From positions 1-64,000 of IMG/VR virus record IMGVR_UViG_3300030106_006724: DNA of 64,000 nt, one strand, 5' to 3'. Both the position numbers and the translations under genes were made by a program. This document shows, piece by piece, positions 57,309 through 64,000 of this stretch (position 1 is its first letter; the number at the start of each line of letters is the position of its first letter). The notes below the pieces were generated by a model. That model saw nothing but the letters and a program-made list of their open reading frames with translations. It was not told the DNA's origin and made no database searches. The DNA is from a virus.

Positions 57309-58092
57309 GAAAATATTATTATTTACAACTATTGGTAAACTCTCAGAAGAGTCTCAAGCTCATGTTAATGCTAGCTTTCAATCTTGGAAAGATTATGGGT
57401 TAGATATATTAGTATTTGGAGAAACATTTCATAAAGATTTATGTAGTAAGTTTGACGCTATATTAGATACATCAGTTGAAAAATCTGAGTTTGGTATACC
57501 TTTAGTAAGAAGCCTATTTGTTAAAGCATCACAATATGAAGGATACGATTTATTTTGTTATATTAATTCTGATATTATTTTTAATAAAGATCCTAGACCT
57601 ATACTGGAACTAATTAAATATAAAGAGTTTATGGCTGTAGGTCAAAGACTAGATGTATGGAACTGGCCTAATATTACTAAAAAGAAGGTACATAATCCTG
57701 GAGGTATAGATTACTTTTTTATGACCAAAGGGTTTAGAGATTGGAATGATATGCCTGACTTTAGCGTTGCAAGGGGTAGATTCGATCATTGGATTATGGG
57801 TAAAGCATTAGAAAGCGGTAAAGCAGTAGTAGACTTAACTAAGGTATTTTTACCTATCCATCCCGAACCTATAAATAGAATATCAGCAAATCCTGATATA
57901 CAGTACGCTAACGGTATGATTAAGTTAGGGTACCAGCAATATAGAAATATGAATATTTTTTTAGATCTACAATGTCATGGTCAAACTAATATGACTCCAT
58001 TTGTTATGACTAAAAAAGGATTAGAAAAAAGAAAAGACATACCTTTAAATGAATTTAAACATCAGTTCGAATATGACTACGAAAAATTTTGA
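57301..58092 (+). CDS. GT-A-like hypothetical protein
   Basis: YINSDI, GIDYF, FDHW; start moved to ATG 57301. Confidence 0.55.
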   Translation: MDKKILLFTTIGKLSEESQAHVNASFQSWKDYGLDILVFGETFHKDLCSKFDAILDTSVEKSEFGIPLVRSLFVKASQYEGYDLFCYINSDIIFNKDPRPILELIKYKEFMAVGQRLDVWNWPNITKKKVHNPGGIDYFFMTKGFRDWNDMPDFSVARGRFDHWIMGKALESGKAVVDLTKVFLPIHPEPINRISANPDIQYANGMIKLGYQQYRNMNIFLDLQCHGQTNMTPFVMTKKGLEKRKDIPLNEFKHQFEYDYEKF

Positions 58093-58453
58093 TTTATCTG
58101 AACCTAAAACTATAGTATTCGATTTAGATGGAACATTACTTAATGTTGATAGAAACTATTACGATAAAGCTACTCCTATCAAACATAGAATCAATATGGT
58201 TAATAAACTATACGATGAAGGCCACACGATAATAATAGAAACAGCTAGAGGCTGTGTAAGTGGAAAAAATTATTTCTTTTATACTTTAGATCAACTTAAA
58301 GAATTTGGTTTAAAATTTCATACTCTACGTACTGGAGTTAAATATGGAGCGGATTTATTTGTAGATGATAAGGGTATATCTGATAATAATTTTTTTAAAG
58401 ATAACGGTAAAGGTAAAAAATTAGAACCTTGGCAGTTAAAAGATCGTGATTAA
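58073..58453 (+). CDS. HAD-family phosphatase (capsule biosynthesis type)
   Basis: FDLDGTL, ETARG, FVDDK; start moved to ATG 58073. Confidence 0.8.
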   Translation: MTTKNFDLSEPKTIVFDLDGTLLNVDRNYYDKATPIKHRINMVNKLYDEGHTIIIETARGCVSGKNYFFYTLDQLKEFGLKFHTLRTGVKYGADLFVDDKGISDNNFFKDNGKGKKLEPWQLKDRD

Positions 58454-59781
58454 TGGCAAGTATAAAAAAGTTTATAAATAAAAGTCCAAACATAGTAAAA
58501 AAGTTATATTATAAATTAGTTCCATTTTATAAAAGATATGGGTCTGAATTTAAAGATACTTATGACTTTTTACTACATTCATTAGATTTTACTCCTAAGC
58601 AGTTAAAAGATTATCAGTTTAGTAAACTACGAGAGACTATTTCTAATGCTTATGAGAACGTACCATACTATCATAAGTTAATGGTAGATTACGGAGTACC
58701 TAAGTATATTCAAGATCCATCTGATATTTCTAAATTACCTATACTTACAAAACAAATAGTTAAAGATAATTGGAAAGATTTAATTAATAAGAAATACAAA
58801 GATGATATAATAACTTTTAAAACCTCAGGTTCTACTGGAGAAAAATTTAAGTTTTTAGGGAACGATAATTTATATAAAAGAGAAGCAGCATTTGTACTAA
58901 GAGCATTTAATATGCATAACGCTTCTCTATATGATAAACCTTCAGTTTGGGTTAGACGATATGCTCCTAAAGCCGGAGACCCAATTTCCTATACTGATCA
59001 TGAATTAAATAGAGTATATTTATCTCCTTTTAATTTGTCTCCTTCAACTATAGAAAGTTATGTTAGAGAAATAGATAGAACATCAGCTGAAACTTTAGTT
59101 ACTTATCCTTCGTTAGCTAATTTTATGGCTAACTTAATGTATGATAAATGTTTAAGATTTAAAAAGATTAGAAGTATTCATGTAGCTTCTGAAATGGTCC
59201 TTCCGGAATGGAGAAATAATATTAGAGCTAAGTTAGGAATTAATTTATATGCTCATTATGGTATGATGGAAAAGGTTTCTTTCTTTTCTAATTTTTTAGG
59301 TAGTGATAAGTATGCTGAAAGTTTAGAATATGGTTATACTGAAATAGTGAACGGTGATGTTATAGGTACTGGCTTCTTAAACGATGTTATGCCTTTTATA
59401 CGTTATTCTCCCGGTGATAGAGCTGTTAAAAATAGTAACATTGAATACTTTAATGCATTACCGGTTAGTATAGATGATTTTATAGGAAGATCCACAGATA
59501 TGATTTTTACAAAAGATGGTAGAAAGTTATCCGGAGTTAATTTTTATACTATGATGTATAAAATACCTGGAGTAGAAATGTTTCAAATTATTCAAAAATC
59601 ATTGGATGAAATAATAGTTAATTATATACCTTCTGATGAATGGGGTAAAGATACAGAAAACTGTATAATAGATGGTATGGAAGATAGAGCAGGAAAAGAT
59701 ATTAAGTTACAAGTTAATTCAGTTATAGAGTTGGAAAGAAGTTCTACTGGGAAGTTAAAAACGATTAAGAATGAATGTTAA
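58453..59781 (+). CDS. Phenylacetate-CoA ligase/CapK-like adenylate-forming enzyme
   Basis: TSGSTG, HYGMME, MPFIRY..GD, GR, TGK. Confidence 0.85.
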   Translation: MASIKKFINKSPNIVKKLYYKLVPFYKRYGSEFKDTYDFLLHSLDFTPKQLKDYQFSKLRETISNAYENVPYYHKLMVDYGVPKYIQDPSDISKLPILTKQIVKDNWKDLINKKYKDDIITFKTSGSTGEKFKFLGNDNLYKREAAFVLRAFNMHNASLYDKPSVWVRRYAPKAGDPISYTDHELNRVYLSPFNLSPSTIESYVREIDRTSAETLVTYPSLANFMANLMYDKCLRFKKIRSIHVASEMVLPEWRNNIRAKLGINLYAHYGMMEKVSFFSNFLGSDKYAESLEYGYTEIVNGDVIGTGFLNDVMPFIRYSPGDRAVKNSNIEYFNALPVSIDDFIGRSTDMIFTKDGRKLSGVNFYTMMYKIPGVEMFQIIQKSLDEIIVNYIPSDEWGKDTENCIIDGMEDRAGKDIKLQVNSVIELERSSTGKLKTIKNEC

Positions 59782-60766
59782 TTTAGATAATGTAAAACCT
59801 TATATACTTTCTGATAGAGTTATATCATCTGATATGACTTACTTAGATTGGAATGAAGGTAGTCCTATACCTATAGAACTTTTAGATAATATTAAAAGAA
59901 AATTAACTGACCTACACCACTACTCAGACCCTTCTAATAATGAATTAAAAGAAGCATTAGAGAACCATACAGGAGTAGATAAAACTTTTATCGAAGTATT
60001 TAACGGATCTGATTCAGCTTTAGATTATACATTTAGAGTTTTACTTAACAGTAATGATAAAGTCTGTATACCTTACCCTAATTATACTCAAGTAAATCAA
60101 ACTATAACTTCATTAGGATGTCGAGTTCTTAATTGCGATATTAGTACTTTAGAAGAGAATATTAAATCTTTTAAACCTAAAGTAGTTTACTTATCAGTAC
60201 CTAATAATCCTTTAGGGTATGTTTATAATACTTTACCTCTTGCTGAGAAGTACCCTAATACTTTCTTTATAGTAGATGAAGCTTATGCTGAATACTTTCC
60301 TAAATGCTCAGTATTTGATCAAGCTTATAAGTATTCAAATGTAATAGTTACAAGAACTTTTTCAAAAGGTTTTGGATTAGCTGGGATTAGGCTTGGATAT
60401 TTGACAACTAATTCATATATTATGAATAAGATAAGGTCTATTAATAACTTTAAACAAGTAAATACTTTAGCAGCAATAGCTGGAGTAGAAGCATTAAAAG
60501 ATTTTAAAACTATACAAGCAAGTATTAATTTAACTAATATAGTTAAAAAGAGTTTTTTAAATGTACTTAAAGATTATAGAATAAGAGATAGTCATGCTAA
60601 CTTTGTATTATTAGAGCATACTAGAGCTAAAGAAATAATAGAAGAATTAAAAAGATCAGGTATTTTAGTTAGAGATAGAAGTAAATTTATTAATAATACT
60701 ATGAGAATTACTATTGGAGATGGATCTATAATGAAAAAAATAGCTGAAATTATAAAAAAATATTAA
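59771..60766 (+). CDS. HisC/CobD-like PLP-dependent aminotransferase or decarboxylase
   Basis: NGSD, PNNP.G, VDEAY, RTFSKGFGLAGIRLG. Confidence 0.88.
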   Translation: MNVNLDNVKPYILSDRVISSDMTYLDWNEGSPIPIELLDNIKRKLTDLHHYSDPSNNELKEALENHTGVDKTFIEVFNGSDSALDYTFRVLLNSNDKVCIPYPNYTQVNQTITSLGCRVLNCDISTLEENIKSFKPKVVYLSVPNNPLGYVYNTLPLAEKYPNTFFIVDEAYAEYFPKCSVFDQAYKYSNVIVTRTFSKGFGLAGIRLGYLTTNSYIMNKIRSINNFKQVNTLAAIAGVEALKDFKTIQASINLTNIVKKSFLNVLKDYRIRDSHANFVLLEHTRAKEIIEELKRSGILVRDRSKFINNTMRITIGDGSIMKKIAEIIKKY

Positions 60767-62046
60767 TGTATAAAAAGATATCCTTTGTAGGTTTAGGTAA
60801 GCTAGGTCTTCCTTTAGCTACTAATTTTGCTAAAAACGGTCACGAAGTATTAGCAGTAGATAAAAATACTAGATTAATTGAAATACTAAACGCAGGTAAA
60901 GAACCTTGGTTGGAGGTAGGACTATTAGATAATATTAAGCAAGCAAAAAAGAATATAACATATACCACAGGTTACGATGGAGTAGGCAAATCTGATGTTA
61001 GTATAATATTAGTTAATACTCCTTCAATTAAAAAAGATGGATCGTTTTCAAATTTATATGTTGAACAGTCTATCCAATCTATATGTGAACAACTTGAATT
61101 AGAAAGAAAAAAAGAACATCATATAATACTATCTTCTACAGTAATGCCTGGTTCGATTAATAATGATTTTATTCCTCTAATTAAATCTTTAACTAAATGC
61201 AAAGTAAGTTTTAGTTATGTACCTGATTTTGTAGCTATAGGACAAGTTATAAAAGATTTTGAGAACCCAGACTTTTTATTAATAGGAAGTGATTCAAAAA
61301 AATCTTCTACGTTTACAAAAAAATTATATAAAAGTATTTTAAAAAGTAAACCTCCTGTAAAAGAATTAACGTTAGCTGAAGCTGAACTTTGTAAGGTATC
61401 GTTAAATGCATATATTACTACTAAAATATCTTTTGCTAACTATTTAGGATTATTAGCGAATAAATTAGATCCTAATATTCAAGTTGATAATATTACTGAT
61501 ACGATAGGATTAGATGCTCGTATAGGAACTAAATACTTTAAATCTGGAGGTCCGTACGGCGGTACTTGTTTTCCTAGAGATACCTGGGCATTCGCAAAAG
61601 TATCTGAAAAAGTAGGATTAGAATCTTTTCAAATGTTTGCCAATGAAAAAATTAACGATCAAACCGATAAAGATATATTCAATCAGGTAATGGATAGAAA
61701 TCCTGATAATATTGGTTTAATTGGTTTAGGTTTTAAACCCGGTACTTCTGTTATTACTGAAGGAGTTGCTACTAAATTTTTAGAAAAAATAAAGAATTAT
61801 CATTGTAAAGTTTATTTGTACGATAGATATTCTGATAGTATAGATAATATTATTAATGAGCATCCAGAGATAGATTTTGTAGACTGTAGAATAAATAATT
61901 ATACTATAAGAGATGTAGTTAGTGCTTGTGATTCTATTTTATTTTGCAACGGTGATAGAGAATATTTAGAAGACAAACATTTCGGAGAAGTAGATATGTT
62001 TGAAATTAATACTAAGACTGTTATAGACCCTTGGAGAATGTTATGA
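60766..62046 (+). CDS. Nucleotide-sugar (UDP-glucose) 6-dehydrogenase
   Basis: GLGKLG, STVMPG, GGTCFPRD, GFKP. Confidence 0.88.
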   Translation: MYKKISFVGLGKLGLPLATNFAKNGHEVLAVDKNTRLIEILNAGKEPWLEVGLLDNIKQAKKNITYTTGYDGVGKSDVSIILVNTPSIKKDGSFSNLYVEQSIQSICEQLELERKKEHHIILSSTVMPGSINNDFIPLIKSLTKCKVSFSYVPDFVAIGQVIKDFENPDFLLIGSDSKKSSTFTKKLYKSILKSKPPVKELTLAEAELCKVSLNAYITTKISFANYLGLLANKLDPNIQVDNITDTIGLDARIGTKYFKSGGPYGGTCFPRDTWAFAKVSEKVGLESFQMFANEKINDQTDKDIFNQVMDRNPDNIGLIGLGFKPGTSVITEGVATKFLEKIKNYHCKVYLYDRYSDSIDNIINEHPEIDFVDCRINNYTIRDVVSACDSILFCNGDREYLEDKHFGEVDMFEINTKTVIDPWRML

Positions 62047-63083
62047 AGATATTATTTGCAAAACAACAATTAGATTTAGTAGGACCAAGACAATCATTTG
62101 CTTATGCCGATGATCATGAATTAGAAATATTAAGAGGTTTTCAAGGTAAAGTTTCTTTATGGGAAATGTTATGTGCATTAAAAGCTGACTTTCTTATAAC
62201 TCCTACTTTAGTTCAAGCACCTTGGTTAGGTACTTTATTACAACAAGAAGGTTATAAAGATACTATGCAAAGAACTACTCCACAAGTTATAGATCCTAAC
62301 CATTTTGACTTTGGAGCCTACGATGTAGTAATAACTCATGATTCATTTTTAGGATTACAGATAGATGCTTTAAAAGAAAAGTTTCCTAAAACAGTTTTTG
62401 CTTATTTATTAGCTGAACATTCAAGTTGGCAAATGCATAGAATAGGATATAAATATGATTTATACTTAGATCATACTTTAGAATCAGTAGATAAGGTAGT
62501 AAGATTACCTCAAGCAGTTAACTTTTTATTTCCAAGAATACCTCAAAGAGTAAGAGAGTTATTTAAACAAGAAAGAACCTCAGTATTTTTAGATTATAGA
62601 ACCTTAGGTTATTTTATTGGTCATGGATCAAATAACTTTTTACTTACTGAAGATAAAGTAAATAACTTTTATGATAATTTAAAATTAGATTTACCGATAG
62701 AAAGAATAAGTAATATTTCTATGAAACCTTTTATGTTTGATGAAACATACAATAACGATTCGATTGAATATTATAGTAAATTATGTAGAACTAAATACTT
62801 CTTTACTATAGCTAATAGAGTAGGTCAAGCTGCTTTTGATGCAGCATCTGCAAATTGTATAGTATTTGGTAATTCTAAATCTAAACTTCATAAATTACTT
62901 TGTCATCCTTTTACTTTGATGGATGAAGAGATAAAAATAGAACATGTTAAAGATGCAATTAATACATTAGAAAACGATCAAGATTTATGTATGAAAATTT
63001 TAGATCATCAAAATAAATTTTTATTTGAAACTTGTGTAGAGCATCCTATAAACGTATTTAAAAAAGCAATTGAATTAAAATGA
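62043..63083 (+). CDS. Hypothetical protein (possible GT-B fold)
   Basis: ORF within sugar cluster; start moved to ATG 62043. Confidence 0.5.
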   Translation: MKILFAKQQLDLVGPRQSFAYADDHELEILRGFQGKVSLWEMLCALKADFLITPTLVQAPWLGTLLQQEGYKDTMQRTTPQVIDPNHFDFGAYDVVITHDSFLGLQIDALKEKFPKTVFAYLLAEHSSWQMHRIGYKYDLYLDHTLESVDKVVRLPQAVNFLFPRIPQRVRELFKQERTSVFLDYRTLGYFIGHGSNNFLLTEDKVNNFYDNLKLDLPIERISNISMKPFMFDETYNNDSIEYYSKLCRTKYFFTIANRVGQAAFDAASANCIVFGNSKSKLHKLLCHPFTLMDEEIKIEHVKDAINTLENDQDLCMKILDHQNKFLFETCVEHPINVFKKAIELK

Positions 63084-63271
63084 AAAAACTTATAATACTA
63101 TTTTTACTATTTACTAGTTGTGCAAGCGTACAACAGGAAAGATTAGCACCAGATAATATATTTGATGCAGTTAATATTAATGATAATAATCCTAAAAGGA
63201 ATAAAGGCATAATGAAAACATTAGTATTTAGTACTGCTGTATTTATATTAACTACAATAGCAAACAAATAA
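63080..63271 (+). CDS. Small lipoprotein
   Basis: MKKLIILFLLFTSC lipobox, hydrophobic C-terminus. Confidence 0.55.
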   Translation: MKKLIILFLLFTSCASVQQERLAPDNIFDAVNINDNNPKRNKGIMKTLVFSTAVFILTTIANK

Positions 63272-64000
63272 TGAAAATATTAGTAACAGGAGGTGCAGGT
63301 GCAGTAGGTACTAACCTTATAGAAAAATTATTAGAATTAGGACATAAAGTAACTAGCTGGGATAATTACTCTGCTGGTTTAGAATCTAATCATATTGAAG
63401 GTGCTACATATATTAATAGAGATACTAGAGAGATGAGTTATGGTACAGGTCCTGGGAGTATAAAAGGATTTGATTTAGTATACCATTTAGGAGAGTACTC
63501 TAAAGTTGTTCCTTCGTTTGATATACCTGAATTAGCTTTTAGATATAACTTAGATGGAAGTATGAGGGTATTAGAATCTTGCAGGCATGAAAATATACCT
63601 GTAGTATATGCAGGTTCTTCTACTAAGCTATCATACCCAGGAGAATTAGGATCTCCTTATGCTTTATATAAATCTACAGTAGCTAAATTATTTCAATGCT
63701 ATGGTGATTGGTATGATTTAAAATTTAATATATGCTATTTTTATAATGTTTATGGTCCTAGAACTGAAACTTGGGGTAATGAATGGCAAACAGTTATTAA
63801 TATATTTAGGGATCAAAAGAAAGCAGGAAAGAATTTAACTGTTACAGGAGATGGAACTCAAAAAAGAGATTTTACTCATGTAGAAGATATAATACAAGGT
63901 TTAGTTTTAGCAGGAGAAAATATTAATAATGAAGAATATCAATTAGGTACTGGGGAAGAGTTTAGTATTTTAGAAATAGCTGAAGCATTTGATCATCCTC
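63271..64000 (+). CDS. NAD-dependent epimerase/dehydratase, 3'-truncated
   Basis: MKILVTGGAGAVG, AGSS, YALYK, FYNVYG, RDFTHVED; runs off the window. Confidence 0.88.
   Translation, partial: MKILVTGGAGAVGTNLIEKLLELGHKVTSWDNYSAGLESNHIEGATYINRDTREMSYGTGPGSIKGFDLVYHLGEYSKVVPSFDIPELAFRYNLDGSMRVLESCRHENIPVVYAGSSTKLSYPGELGSPYALYKSTVAKLFQCYGDWYDLKFNICYFYNVYGPRTETWGNEWQTVINIFRDQKKAGKNLTVTGDGTQKRDFTHVEDIIQGLVLAGENINNEEYQLGTGEEFSILEIAEAFDHP

Noticed and set aside
2487-63267. All minus-strand ORFs in the track (e.g. 2487..2744, 18578..18847, 41857..42111, 44078..44419)
   Set aside because: They lie antisense to well-supported + strand genes and have the F/I/S/L-rich composition of shadow ORFs
1-64000. 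Stop-codon reassignment, introns or inteins
   Set aside because: Conserved genes (polA, nrdA, dnaB, groEL) are intact and of normal length in code 11, and TAG/TGA/TAA all end genes
1-64000. Bacterial chromosome origin (groEL, metK, que genes, capsule genes)
   Set aside because: Single-strand dense layout with gp32-like SSB, phage-type helicase/exonuclease, lysis genes and many small ORFans indicates a phage

Overview
AT-rich, gene-dense segment of a large dsDNA phage genome, with essentially every real gene on the + strand. The host is probably an aquatic Bacteroidota/Flavobacteriia (inferred from the general lack of Shine-Dalgarno sites, a TTG-N20-TAnnTT promoter geometry, an Hc1-like protein and DpdA3/DpdN-type genes). 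Contents in order: tail of an M23 peptidase; replication/recombination core (divergent PolA, gp32-like SSB, RecA/UvsX, 5'-3' exonuclease, DnaB, NrdB/NrdA); glycan/carbamoyl/sulfate modification genes; a near-complete 7-deazaguanine DNA-modification pathway (QueC, QueD, QueE, FolE2, QueF, DpdA-like TGT, PurN-like DpdN) interleaved with a PRTase, a kinase and an NTP pyrophosphohydrolase; a second full PolA; MetK; Hsp20-GroES-GroEL; Apt/MtnN; an envelope/lysis module with a DUF2589 pair; and a long sugar-nucleotide/glycosyltransferase cluster. Highlights: (1) a preQ1-I riboswitch-like pseudoknot leading the queD/queE operon, plus a second similar pseudoknot before queC; (2) a shared C-terminal [S/T]-[L/I]-I tail on unrelated modification enzymes; (3) a ~20-bp G.U-containing long-range duplex enclosing the hsp20 ORF; (4) gene context suggesting pre-replicative synthesis of a modified dGTP; (5) loss of Zn ligands across the preQ0 pathway; (6) two recurrent promoter-like motifs. 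All annotations come from motif recognition by eye; no searches or folding programs were run.
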